A DNA stretch of 64,000 bases from Orbicella franksi (taxonomy: Eukaryota). The position numbers and the translations under genes are program-made. The notes beneath the pieces were generated by a model that was given only the letters and a program-made list of their open reading frames with translations, was not told the DNA's origin and did not search any database. Of the stretch, positions 39,473-53,800 are shown one piece after another. Positions within the stretch are counted from its first letter, which is position 1, and the number at the start of each line of letters is the position of its first letter. The stretch covers positions 2,046,001 to 2,110,000 of the forward strand of contig OZ116699.1 in NCBI GenBank assembly GCA_964199315.1. The letters are read 5' to 3'.

Positions 39473-41892
39473 GGTGCCAAATCGCAAATGATATGAAGCA
39501 GGCTTCGTTACCTTATAAAGCTTCTGTACTAACGTGGGAGTTCAGCTTACGTCAATTGAAATAATTATATCTGTTTCTGCTTGACTAATGTTTTGCATAA
39601 TTAGCTATAATTCCGTGATTGAAGACTGTTAATATCAACAGGTGATCGCAATATCAGGCAAGAGAACTGAACTGTGAAGACTATATGTGCAAATAAATCA
39701 CGATAGATGAAATAACTAGCAAACAGAATCACTACGACTACGTAAAATACTAAATAACATTGTCCAACTTGAAGTTGTTTTGTGAAATAGTCCTTGAATG
39801 CACTCGCATATGACTTATTTGAAATTTTCTTAAGCCGCGCGACGGAACGTTCTTTCAAAATTAGATATATTAAAAAAAAATTAATAAGATTTTGCTTCTT
39901 AGCTTAAACTGTATGTAGAATGTCTTAGGTGTTCTTTATATCAAAAATCTGTCGCAGAGTGGAGTATTACGAAAGTAAGTGAAGTGCTTTGTGAAATGTT
40001 GTTCCTGTTACGTGGTAAGTTCGGTGAAGCAGACATCCTGTTCTTTTGTGACGCGTAAAAAACAAAAAACACGTTAGGTGTGTATCCAAACGGACACGCT
40101 TTCTTAAATGTTTCAATGAGCATTTGTCACTCTCACTACAATTTGTTTGCGTCAAACTAATGCCCGTTTACCACGTAAGAAAATTTGGTACTGTATACAA
40201 TCCATAACAAATATACCATAGTTACTTTTTCGCAGAGGTTTGAACCCTAGAACATACACATTCCTTCAGCGACCTCCATTTAGCGGTTATTAACATAGCC
40301 CTTATTCATTTCGCCATCTCAAGCTTAACGAAATCGTTAAATCGAGTTTTACGATCTTCACATGACCTTTTGGTCGTCGAAGAGAGTTGCGAAGGAAAAG
40401 TTAACTTGAAATTCCTTTCTAACTGAAACTTTTTGGAATGATTTCTTGACTAATTTGAAAATGTTTGAGCGAATTTCTACCATAATTAAGAGTTAAATCA
40501 AGTCAGTGCAAAAGTAATTATTCAGATATTAAAACAGGTCAAGTCGCAAACGGTCACGCCAGTATAATAGATAGATAAGCTTTCAGAAAAAATTCACCGG
40601 CTGATTCAATTTCAAAATATACAAATTTTTCATTTACTTTAAGATACGTCACTAGCTAACCAGCTTCAACGTATGGTGCTGTAGTTGACGGTGAAGAGGA
40701 AAATTGAGCCCGAAGCGAAGCAGACACCATAATGAACAACTGAAGCAATATCGGGTTGTAAATGAGACACTGCGGTAAAGTTATCAAACGCAAACTAATC
40801 CGTTATTTTTCGCTGAAGTTTGGTTTTGCGTGAATCATGTGAGAAGGAATCACTATGCATTTGAAAAGATTCATTTTAATTTAGCACGTTGTTTGGCCAG
40901 TATGGAACAAGCTGTACAGACAAAGACGTTTTATGGTTGATTTTCTGTTAGAACAATGAACAATATCAGTAGAATTTGTTGACGCTCTCGAGGTCGACAG
41001 TTTGATTAGCGTTACAATCAAAAAAGTCATATTTAGCTAGCACCCAACTGGGATTATTTCCTGAATAGATTTGAGAGGACTTAAATATGAGAAATGGGCT
41101 GTCAGTAATTATTAATAACAATTTTTTTTAGGAAAACAAGCATGACTATAAGCACGCGTAACGTTATTAAGGATCAATAATTTATTAAAAATAATTTTTT
41201 GTTTCTGCCCAAGAAAAACTTTTCTTCGGGTATCTAAACATTGTGTATCAGTTAAAGAGTGTTTTGGAAACCTCAATGCAAGCAGAAGGTTTTCTCCCAC
41301 TTGATACTCAATGCAAAAACATACCCGGTTATGATAATTTGAGTGACGTCATGTAAATACTTCCCAAAAACGTGACTAAAAGTTTTCCACGTGTGCCTTC
41401 ATCTTCATTTAGCTGATTTAGCTAACGGCAGCTTTGCAAAAACGTTTTCAGCTATTAATATCACAGAAATGGCCACATCATAAAACAAACAATGATGCTT
41501 TGTCATAATTGCATCCCACCACAGTGAACAATAATTTAGTTTCTGGCATTTTTTAAAATTTTCTACCTCTATTTTTCCCATAAAGGAAATTCCCATAAAC
41601 TGTAATACCGGCAGTTCAAATTTGTGTGCGCCTCTGCAGCCAATCATTTATATTGTTTTAAGAAACATTAATACATTTGTCTTCATTTTCTTCTTCATTT
41701 TCAAAACACTAAAAAAGTAAACAATCAAACAAATAAACAAACATGACTATGGAACTTCACGCCTCAGTTTTCATCAGATTATTTGTTTATATCGTTTTTG
41801 GGCGATCTGTTAAAAGCGAATACCGCTTTATCGCTTTGTTACCCAACAAAGTGAAGTGAGATTCATTACGAATCGATCACTCTCCAGTTGTA

Positions 41893-44800
41893 AACGCAAT
41901 ATAAGTTATGTTGCCTCTACAAAATGTTCAGGTTTTCCTACTAAAGTAACAGAACTCAAGTACATGTCCAAATTAGGATGTCACGTGATATCCATCTCAT
42001 GACATGAGCACGTGTTAGATGGTGTCATATGCTCGGTAACATTCTCTTTGGCTTTCGAATATTAATATTTATTTATCGTTGACAAACAGATCTGTTGATC
42101 CATAACCAAATATTGCAAAGCGAAGAAACTAGAACTGAACTTTGTAACTATTTATGACTGTATACGTCAGCTCCTTTGAAATAGATAACGTTTCTTAAAG
42201 GTGTCCATGGTTTGTCGCATCCAGGAGAAGTCCTGAGTCACGCCGGATGAAAGAAATATTCAGTTTAATTGCTATAACTAAAGTTATCCGTATTGCAGGG
42301 CATAACTCAAGAAAGGTACATTTTTTGCGGTATAATCAAGCTTCAATGAGCTTACTAGAATTTGTGTAAATTCATCATCTTTTTAAGGCTTTGAAAAATT
42401 CTAAATGTTATTTTGCAAAACTTTGTCAAAGGAACGTGATCTTAGTTCATAATTTTTGAATAGTTTCATGCTGGTGTTCAATTTACTTGCCGAGAACCAC
42501 GAAGTCAAAACCAATGGAATGCACTGCTCAATAGATCTCATTTTCATGTTAAACACAAATGTTTCATCGAAAGCAATAAAAGTTAGACAACTTTGAAAGC
42601 AGAATTGGAACATACAATTCACATGAAAGTACTACCGGCCCAATATCACTCTGGGTGCCCGGTAAAACTCTCATTGACATTTCGTTCACAGAGTAAAAAA
42701 GCTTAAGTAAACTGGCTCACAGTCTGAAGTTTGGTGAAATGAAAATGTCATCTTTAAAGAAGGCAACTTGTATAACCTTTCTCTTCATGAGTCTTTCGAT
42801 AGCCTTCAGTTCTGGAATTTTTGCCTGGCATTATATCGTTTTTGATGATAGCTCGATTCCGAGGAGGAAGATCGACAAAGTAGTCTTGTTTTCTTTCAAA
42901 CACTGAAAAGTAGACACGGGAGCACGACAAGTAGCGACATATTTGTTTTATAAGAATCATCCCAATAAAGACGTTTTCATGATATTTTTCTGAATAATTT
43001 CCTAAGGAAGGTTGCCGTTGGCAGCAGTCTCTATGACACAGCTCTATTCACAAGCTATCTAGTATACTAAATAAAAAAATAAATACGAGCAAAAACGCGC
43101 AAATAAATTGAATAGACAACGGAAGGCAAAATGACCGACAGCTATGAATGGTAATGAAAACACCTGACTCATTACTTTGTTTTATCTACATTTGGATAAG
43201 GCAAGCGGTCGGTTAATAAGTTTCTTTCTTCCTGTGGTGGGAATTGATTTCATCTTGGTTGTATAGTTCGTCCATCCTTTTATCGATTACAAACCTGCAT
43301 TTATTCAGTTATATTGTAGTGTATTGTGGTGGATCTGTGCTTTCGCCGCGCATGCGCTGAACGGTCTGATTATGAAGGTAGTCGTTTGTTTTGGCTTCAT
43401 TTGAAAAACTTGCACGATCGATAGCGATGCCTAAAATTCGATATATGTATACGTTTCCCTTTTTGGTTTTGTCAAACCGTGCTATTTTTATGTGTTTTGG
43501 CGGCAAAATGTCTCGTTTATAGTAATGTGTGAATTGAATGGTGTAAAAATCCGCTGTGACCAGAAATAACAACAAAATGTGCCGACTCATTGCTCGCGGT
43601 TATCAGCAAATGTGGCAAGTTTTGTTTCCTCAAGGCCAGTCCTCGAATGCTGTGCACGTGATTTTCTTGAAAAAAAAAAGGGATTCGATTTGGTTCAACT
43701 CTTATCGAGTGCTTTTGTCTAACCTCAAAGATCCTAAAAGCGAACTCGGTAATTTTCAGAGTAACGAATGCATATATTACAACACGCTTGCGTATCAGTA
43801 GGGCTTGGGTGGGTTTGTTGTTCTCCAGTGCTTTCAAAGTTAAATGAGTTTGAATCGATAATTGTATAGCCATTTTTGTGATATGATTAAACTTTTGATT
43901 CTGGAACGACGAGAAAGCATCAAAATGTAATGTATTGTTGTTTTCTTTTCCATTTTCTTTGGACCTGACGACGATAGGATCGAACTTATAAAGAATTTCG
44001 CTCCACTGACATCGCAAAATAAGTGGTTGGCCACAAAGAATGAAAAAAAAAAAAAAACAAAAACAATGTAACCTGAAATAATTTAGTTTCATGATACATC
44101 TCTATACCTTTTGTATGTTGCAAAATACTTTCCTTTAGGGGTTCTTTAAAGTTCCTAGCTGAGAACAGTTTGGAAGAGAAATAGCATGTACAAATAGTGC
44201 AGAATTTGACCAGTGGGCTCGCTAACATGTCGATAGTAACAACTTCAATTTATTCTAATAAGGCTGTGCATGCAGACAACAGTGGAACATTGATAGAACT
44301 AAAATATACATGAATCATGCAAATAAAGTACAAAATTATGACTTAAGAATAAAAAACAAATATCAAATGCTTTTAAAAGATGTTCTTCTATTCTCGTCTA
44401 GTCTGTTCACGAATTTTCTCTACATTCTATGTTAAGCATTCTATATTCAGACTATTCATACTCCATTACTGTCGCCGACAGCTCAAACAAAATGAAAATC
44501 ACCAGAGCCTGAAGAAATAAAACAAGAGACGGGGGAGAAATTGACCAGAAAAAACAGGCGACTGAAGGCAAACTAATATACGTAATTTACGCCATCCTTT
44601 AGACGATCCACTACTCTTAAAAAGGCATCGACGGTCGAAGATAACTGGCACAATATCAGCTTTCCGCTAATCGAGTAAAGAAATCCTACAATGGTGGACT
44701 TGATGTTAGAAATAAAGAATGAAACAGTTCTTTATCAACTGTCACCTTTTAGAAACTTTCTATGCTGATTGAAATGTGACTGCCAGACGTAGAACCCGTC

Positions 44801-47800
44801 TAAAAAATCGCTGCTAAAAGAAATTCTTTGTTTCATTGGTCTGCAGTAGTGTGATATGAATGAAATGCAAGACTGACTTGAGCTGCCAGGAACCTGTCCT
44901 GACAGAAGATTAATCACAAACAGAACAAAAGGAAGGCTGATAAAAAGAAATGGCCCACAAACCAGTCACCAGCCATGCTTTAATTAATTACAGGGCACAC
45001 CTTAATCGTCAATTAAATGGTTGACGTCATGGATCATTTCAACCGATCACATGCTCAGTAATTACTAATGATTATCAAAGTTTCATATAAGCCCTTGTTT
45101 TAACAAGGACCTAGCTAACCAAATAAAGAAAATAAGACGAGGGCTAAATTAACAGGCATTAATGTGAAGGGATCGAGCAAATTTAAGGTCAGTTTAACTT
45201 TTATGAGTCGGTGATTATCACGAAAGCGCGCGAACGGATACGGATATTGCAAGCTACAATCTTTACGCAATGTGTCGAGAGAGGAAAACAAAGGCTTTGG
45301 TTCAAACAATTATAAATTAACGTCCTTTATCACTAAGAATCCTACCATTCTTGGATGGTCTTTAAAAACAGAGAATGTCTTACATCCAGGGTATAAACTG
45401 CCTCATTTATGTATACTTAATGATGAATGGCTGAGAATGAATTCTTTTGAGCATAATGGTATTATCGTATAACCTTCTCTTGTACAGTAGTGAACAAACT
45501 GCAAAAATCAGCTGACTCACCGCTGGTGGTTTTCTCAGTATTTGCGTGCGAGCCCTTATTGTTTTCTCGTCGCCCACAGACATACCTTCTGGCAACTACT
45601 GATGAATAATTTCCGTGGATTATCTCTGTATCACATGATTTTGGCCTGAAACCAAACTGCTTTTAAAGAAAGGAAGGACAGTGATGAAGTAAGGAAGAGC
45701 AAGACAAAACAATGAGATAAAAGTATGCATACATGAACACTGACAAAGTTCGTCGCGACTCTTTTGAATCTTGTCTAAACTTTCCCAGTTTATTGATTAG
45801 ATTTTAATTTCCTTTTTGTGGGTCACTTCTGGGACTGACAAAATGTGTTCGCTATAACGAGGTTTCGTCGTATCGAGGCTTTTTCCATATATTTTACCAT
45901 TAATTGGGTTAAGAAAATCGTTATTTAAATCGAGGACTTCGTTATTTAGAGGTTCGTTAAATCGAAGTTCTACTGTAAATTGAAAAACGGTGAAGAGATG
46001 CACTAAATAAGTCACACGCAGAAAGTAATACATTACGATACAGTTCTCCAAAATATGTATCAAATACATTATATATGAAAGGCAAATACACTCGAAAATT
46101 AGGATTTGAAATAGTTTTTACAAACGAATAAGGGATCAATTTCAATTTGACACCAACTCGAGTGCAAGTTTTATAATTTTGTCAGGCCTAAAGTAAAAGT
46201 GTTTTGGAACAGCATACTCTAAAATAATTTGGTGGCAGGCTGTTACGTCATATTCCCCGACAACCGCCGAGTGTGTCTGAAGTCGTAATGACAAGGAGGC
46301 GTCTCAGTGAATTGGCTTCGCTGTAAAATCGCAATGAATGTAGATAAGTTATCAATAGCTAGGGAGGCCACCAATTGTTGTAAAAATTCCTCAGGCCAGC
46401 AAGCACTTTCGAGAGTCGCTTCATTCAGGAGCGTTAATCTCAGGACTTTTTTGGACGTCATACAAATTTGTTTTATTCTCCAGCTATTTCGATTGTACTT
46501 GTCTAAGATGAATTTAATTGTTTCAGTTATTCCTTGTAGGTGTTTTAGGCTTTAGGACGGAAGCGGTTGTCCTTGTAGCAAGAAGGAAAACAAATGTCTC
46601 AAATATCTCTACGTAAGGCTTACATCATTGAAACTGCATAAAACGGTATTGATAACAAATACTACAGTTTTCTAAGAATATGAAGGTTTATAATAACTGC
46701 TTGTCCTATTTCGGATATTAAATCTTGGAGGCAAGGAGGAAACAGTTTTGAGGAGGACTGTATCACGCTAGCTAGCATTTGACCACTAGAGCCAAAAGTG
46801 GATGTAACTACACTAACCAGAGTCAATTTAGCTTTCAGCACGTTGGTCGTTTAATGCGTTTAATTACCACGATGGACAACTACAACCCTTTAACGATATC
46901 AATACGGATAACTAGGAAATTCACTGGATTTGATAGGAAATTTTTTTGTTTGGAATGTTATTCCAATGTTGATATCTCTGAGAGAAATTCTCTTAGATAA
47001 AATTCAAATTATTGACCGTAAGTCTGCCGCAACCTTGAAGAGACATGTCCTCATGCACGTCCAAACTGGTTATATTGCACAAGGAAAACACTTTAATCTA
47101 ACAACGCTTTGGTTCCATATTATATCGGCCTTCCTTACATGAATAGCTCTGATTGTAAGGCCCGGGTTCGAATTCGCAGTAATTAACCTATGTTAACCCC
47201 ATCTAAATTTATGCCATCTTCAGAAGAGTAATCAAGTAGATTGTTCAGAATTGCCCATCGAGCACATCGAACATACACGGCAAATACCCTCAAAAACTTG
47301 TGAATGGTTCAAGACACGTTGAATCTCTTTTCTTTACAACTTCTAATTTATATTTCATTTTGCTTTTGTTAAGTTATCGTTAACTTTGAATCCTTCTTTT
47401 TGAAGAATGATTTTCAGCACGTTATCAGTTGGTGTTACAAGATCTATGTCGTCATACTACCGTAAAACTCGACACTTACGATGTAAGGTACAGTGCGCCC
47501 AGCAATTGCTTAAAATACTTAATGAAACACAAGATAGCTACCCTGTTAGTAAATGATGTTTCGACAAACTGGGCGGAAGTCATCTTCAGTGTCAAGTGCA
47601 TAGTGTTTGACAATCGATAGTGTTACAAGTCCGGTTCTTTGAAACTGATTGGTCCTTTTAGCTGGGATGGTATTAGCTGTACGCGTTAAAAATCATCAAC
47701 AGTCATTAGTCAATTCTATAAGTCTTGATTCGTCTATTTTCAGTCAAATTAAGTCGTTTCCTTTTACGTGACTTCCTCGGTCTTGTTTATGTTTCCAATA

Positions 47801-50800
47801 AGAAAAATATTAAGGACATTCGAGGTACTTCTCTCGAATAGTTGGACACGGCCACATGAAAGCTTACTTAACGTATTTTATTAAAAAGAAATGGGATTTC
47901 ATTTTTTTTCCCTTGCCGTATATTATGTTTGTGATCATTAACCTCTCCTGTGGCTGAAGCTGTCCTTTTAAGCGACAAAGGACAATGGAGGAATAATAAG
48001 ATTATAGAGTTTTAGAATATTGTTCGTAAAATGTAAGGGAAATTTGGTTTATTCCGTTACGTTTGCAAACGGTGTACTGACCGGAAGGCAGCTTTATGCT
48101 GTCAAGCCAGGGCGGAAACCTGCTGACGAGAATGATTTGTTCCCTTTGAACAAGAAGACAACTAAGAGAAAAACTATGCTCACCACAACCGGGAAAGTAA
48201 CGGCATCCGGGAACATTGAGAACACAAAGACTATGTTGATGTAATGAACAATGAGTCAGGATTAAAAGAAAGTCCGTGGTAAGGAGGACTGGGGACTAAT
48301 CCAAGTTCAAAATAGAAAATCCAACAGTGAGTCAGGAGTTTTGATAGCAAATAATTGTTCAACATAATTAAGGTGGGCAAGCTCTGAGTGTCGCTTCTAT
48401 CCATCGTCGCACCCTTTGGACAACTGTTGATGAATAATTTCCGTAGATTATCTCTGTATCGCATGGTTTTGGCCTGAAACCGAAGAGCATCTTAAAAAAG
48501 GAAGCACGGTAGCGAAGTGAGGAAGAGCAAGACAGTAAAGTGAGATACTTTTATCGCTAGCGGGAAAAATTAAAAAATAATGAGGATGCCGGCATACACG
48601 AGGCTCGCCTCGACATCTTGTGAGTCTTTGCAAAACTTTCCCAGTTTGTTGATTATATTTTATTTTCCTGTTGGTGGGTCTCATCAATTTTGTATTAGCG
48701 ATCGTAGATTTCTTGAACTTTTTATTTCCCACAAGAAAAGCGCAGTAATAAAATCTCGTCAATAGCAATCTTCAAATATCAATTACAAACACACACACAC
48801 AAAAAAAATAATATTATTATATTTACATGCTTTTCGTGGCTGGAGTAAGCCAAATACTGAGTTTGATTGATAAACTGAAAAACGGTGGCGAAGGGATCCA
48901 CCAAATAGCTACTACGCAGAAATTACTAGAAAATATCCACTAAATACTTTATGAAAGGCAGATACACTGGAAAATTGGGATTTGAAATAGCTTTTACGAA
49001 CGAATATGCCATGCGATTTTAAATCTGCACCAACTCGAGTGCAAGGCTTGTCATCTTTTTGGATTTAAAGTAAGAAATGTTTTGGAACAATATACTCGAA
49101 AATAATTTGGTGGCACCGACGTTGCGCGCAACACCAGGTAGTGACGTCATATTACCCGTCAACCGCGGAGTAAAGTGTCTGAAGTGTGTCTGAAATCGTG
49201 ATAACAAAGAGGCCTCTCAGTGGATTGTCTTCGCTGTAAAACGCAATGAATGTAGATAGGTTATCAATAGCTAGGGAGGCCACCAACTGTTCTAAAAATT
49301 CCTCACGCATGCACTTTCAAGAGTCGTGTCCTTTAGAACAGTTCATCCCAGGCATTTATGGACGTCATAATGTTTGACCAGTTTATTCTCCAGCTATTCC
49401 GGTTCCACTTGTCCGAGATGAATCTAACTGTTTCACATATTCCTTGTAGGTGTTTCAGGCTCTGAGAAGGAAAGTGTTGTCCTTGTAGCAAGAAGGAAAA
49501 CTTTTGAAAAGTCTTACGTATCTCTACTTCGCGCTTACGTCATTGAAACTGCATAAAACGGAATTGATAACAAATACTGCAGTTTTATAAGAATATGAAG
49601 GTTTATAATACCTGCTTGTGTTATTTCTGATTGCATCTTAGACGCAAGGAAGAAATAGTTTTGTGGAGCACCGTATCATTCTAGCTAGCATTTGACAACT
49701 ATAGCCAATAGTGGCTGTATCTTTTTCTAGAGAAATATAACGCAATATAAGTTATGTTGCCTCTACAAAATGTTCAGGTTCTCCTACTAAAGTAACAGAA
49801 CTCAAGTACATGTCCAAATTAGGATGTCACGTGATATCCATCTCATGACATGAGCACATGTTGGATGGTGTCATATGCTCGGTAACATTCTCTTTGGCTT
49901 TCGAATATTAATATTTATTTATCGTTGACAAACAAATCTGTTGATCCATAACCAAACATTGCAAAGCGAAGAAACTAGAACTGAACTTTGTAACTGTTTA
50001 TGACTGTATACGTCAGTTCCTTTGAAATAGATAACGGTTCTGAAAGGTGTCCATGGTTTGTCGCATCCAGGAGAAGTCCTGAGTCACGCCGGATGAAAGA
50101 AATATTCAGTTTAATTACTATAACTAAAGTTATCCGCATTGCAGTGCATAACTCAAGAAGGTTGCATTTTTTGCGGTATAATCAAGCTTCAATGAGCTTA
50201 CTAGAATTTGTGTAAATTCATCTTTTTAAGGCTTTGAAAAATTCTAAATGTTATTTTGCAAAACTTTGTCAAAGGAACGTGATCTTAGTTAATAATTTTT
50301 GAATAGTTTCATTCTGGTGTTCAATTTACTTGCCGAGAACCACGAAATCAAAACCAATTGAATGCACTGCTCAATAGATCTCATTTTCATGGTTAAACAC
50401 GAGTGTTTCATCGAAAGCAATAAAAGTTAGACAACTTTGAAAGCAGAATTGGAACATACAATTCACATGAAAGTACTACCGGCCCAATATCACTCTGGGT
50501 GCACGGTAAAACTCTCATTGACATTTCGTTCACAGAGTAAAAAAGCTTAAGTAAATTGGCTCACAGTCTGAAGTTTAGTGAAATGAAAATGTCATCTTTA
50601 AAGAAGGCAACTTGTATAACCTTTCTCTTCATGAGTCTTTCGATAGCCTTCAGTTCTGGAATTTTTGCCTGGCATTATATCGTTTTGATGATAGCTCGAT
50701 TCAGAGGAGGAAGATCGACAAAGTAGTCTTGTTTTCTTTCAAACACTGAAAAGTAGACACGGGAGCACGACAAGTAGCGACATATTTGTTTTATAAGAAT

Positions 50801-53800
50801 CATCCCAATAAAGACGTTTCCATGATATTTTTCTGAATAATTTCCTAAGGAAGGTTGCCGTTGGCAGCAATCTCTATGACACAGCTCTATTCACAAGCTA
50901 TCTAGTATACTAAATAAAAAAATAAATACGAGCAAAAACGCGCAAATAATTTGAATAGACAACGGAAGGCAAAATGACCGACAGCTATGAATGGTAATGA
51001 AAACACCTGACTCATTACTTTGTTTTATCTACATTTGGATAAGGCAAGCGGTCGGTTAATAAGTTTCTTTCTTCCTGTGGTGGGAATTGATTTCATCTTG
51101 GTTGTATAGTTCGTCCATCCTTTTATCGATTACAAACCTGCATTTATTCAGTTATATTGTAGTGTATTGTGGTGGATCTGTGCTTTCGCCGCGCATGCGC
51201 TGAACGGTCTGATTATGAAGGTAGTCGTTTGTTTTGGCTTCATTTGAAAAACTTGCACGATCGATAGCGATGCCTAAAATTCGATATATGTATACGTTTC
51301 CCTCTTTGGTTTTGTCAAACCGTGCTATTTTTATGTGTTTTGGCGGCAAAATGTCTCGTTTATAGTAATGTGTGAATTGAATGGTGTAAAAATCCGCTGT
51401 GACCAGAAATAACAACAAAATGTGCCGACTCATTGCTCGCGGTTATCAGCAAATGTGGCAAGTTCTGTTTCCTCAAGGCCAGTCCTCGAATGCTGTGCAC
51501 GTGATTTTCTTGAAAAAAAAAAGGGATTCGATTTGGTTCAACTCTTGTCGAGTGCTTTTGTCTAACCTCAAAGATCCTAAAAGCGAACTCGGTAACGAAT
51601 GCATATATTACAACACGCTTGCGTATCAGTAGAGCTTGGGTGGGTTTGTTGTTCTCCAGTGCTTTCAAAGTTAAATGAGTTTGAATCGATAATTGTATAG
51701 CTATTTTTATGACATGATTAAACTTTTGATTCCGGGACGACGAGAAAGCATCAAAATGCAATGTATTGTTGTTTTCTTTTCCATTTTCTTTGGACCTGAC
51801 GACGATAGGATCGAACTTATAAAGAATTTCGCTCCACTGACATCGCAAAATAAGTGGTTGGCCACAAAGAATGAAAAAAAAACAAAAAACAATGTAACCT
51901 GAAATAATTTAGTTTCATGATACATCTCTTTACCTTTTGTATGTTGCAAAATACTTTCCTTTAGGGGCTCTATAAAGTTCCTAGCTGAGAACAGTTTGGA
52001 AGAGAAATAGCATGTACAAATAGTGCAGAATTTGATCAGTGGGCTCGCTAACATGTCGATATTAACAACTTCAATTTATTCTAATAAGGCTGTGCATGCA
52101 GACAACAGTGGAACATTGATAGAACTAAAATGTACATGAATCATGCAAATAAAGTACAAAATTATGACTTAAGAATAAAAAACAAATATCAAATGCTTTT
52201 AAAAGATGTTCTTCTATTCTCGTCTAGTCTGTTCACGAATTTTCTCTACATTCTATGTTAAGCATTCTATATTCAGACTATTCATACTCCATTACCGTCG
52301 CCGACAGCTCAAACAAAATGAAAATCACCAGAGCCTGAAGAAATAAAACAAGAGACGGGGGAGAAATTGACCAGAAAAAACAGGCGACTGAAGGCAAACT
52401 AATATACGTAATTTACGCCATCCTTTAGACGATCCACTACTCTTAAAAAGGCATCGACGGTCGAAGATAACTGGCACAATATCAGCTTTCCGCTAATCGA
52501 GTAAAGAAATCCTGCAATGGTGGACTTGATGTTAGAAATAAAGAATGAAACAGTTCTTTATCAACTGTCACCTTTTAGAAACTTTCTATGCTGATTGAAA
52601 TGTGACTGCCAGACGTAGAACCCATCTAAAAAATCGCTGCTAAAAGAAATTCTTTGTTTCATTGGTCTGCAGTAGTGTGATATGAATGAAATGCAAGACT
52701 GACTTGAGCTGCCAGGAACCTGTCCTGACAGAAGATTAATCACAAACAGAACAAAAGGAAGGCTGATAAAAAGAAATGGCCCACAAACCAGTCACCAGCC
52801 ATGCTTTAATTAATTACAGGGCACACCTTAATCGTCAATTAAATGGTTGACGTCATGGATCATTTCAACCGATCACATGCTCAGTAATTACTAATGATTA
52901 TCAAAGTTTCATATAAGCCCTTGTTTTAACAAGGACCTAGCTAACCAAATAAAGAAAATAAGACGAGGGCTAAATTAACAGGCATTAATGTGAAGGGATC
53001 GAGCAAATTTAAGGTCAATTTAACTTTTATGAGTCGGTGATTATCACGAAAGCGCGCGAACGGATACGGATATTGCAAGCTACAATCTTTACGCAATGTG
53101 TCGAGGGAGGAAAACAAAGGCTTTGGTTCAAACAATTATAAATTAACGTCCTTTATCACTAAGAATCCTACCATTCTTGGATGGTCTTTAAAAACAGAGA
53201 ATGTCTTACATCCAGGGTATAAACTGCCTCATTTATGTATACTTAATGATGAATGGCTGAGAATGAATTCTTTTGAGCATAATGGTATTATCGTATAACC
53301 TTCTCTTGTACAGTAATGAACAAACTGCAAAAATCAGCTGACTCACCGCTGGTGGTTTTCTCAGTATTTGCGTGCGAGCCCTTATTGTTTTCTCGTCGCC
53401 CACAGACATACCTTCTGGCAACTACTGATGAATAATTTCCGTGGATTATCTCTGTATCACATGATTTTGGCCTGAAACCAAACTGCTTTTAAAGAAAGGA
53501 AGGACAGTGATGAAATAAGGAAGAGCAAGACAAAACAATGAGATAAAAGTATGCATACATGAACACTGACAAAGTTCGTCGCGACTCTTTTGAATCTTGT
53601 CTAAACTTTCCCAGTTTATTGATTAGATTTTAATTTCCTTTTTGTGGGTCACTTCTGGGACTGACAAAATGTGTTCGCTATAACGAGGTTTCGTCGTATC
53701 GAGGCTTTTTCCATATATTTTACCATTAATTGGGTTAAGAAAATCGTTATTTAAATCGAGGACTTCGTTATTTAGAGGTTCGTTAAATCGAAGTTCTACT

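Noticed and set aside
43315-43370. Trypsin-like CGGSVLS motif
   Set aside because: It is not followed by an in-frame TAAHC or other catalytic motifs, and stops follow at once. Probably chance.
47240-47310. TNFR-like CxxCxxC on the minus strand (CRVCSMCSMG)
   Set aside because: The cysteines are not preserved in the sister blocks at 58.1 and 60.2 kb, and there is no supporting exon structure.
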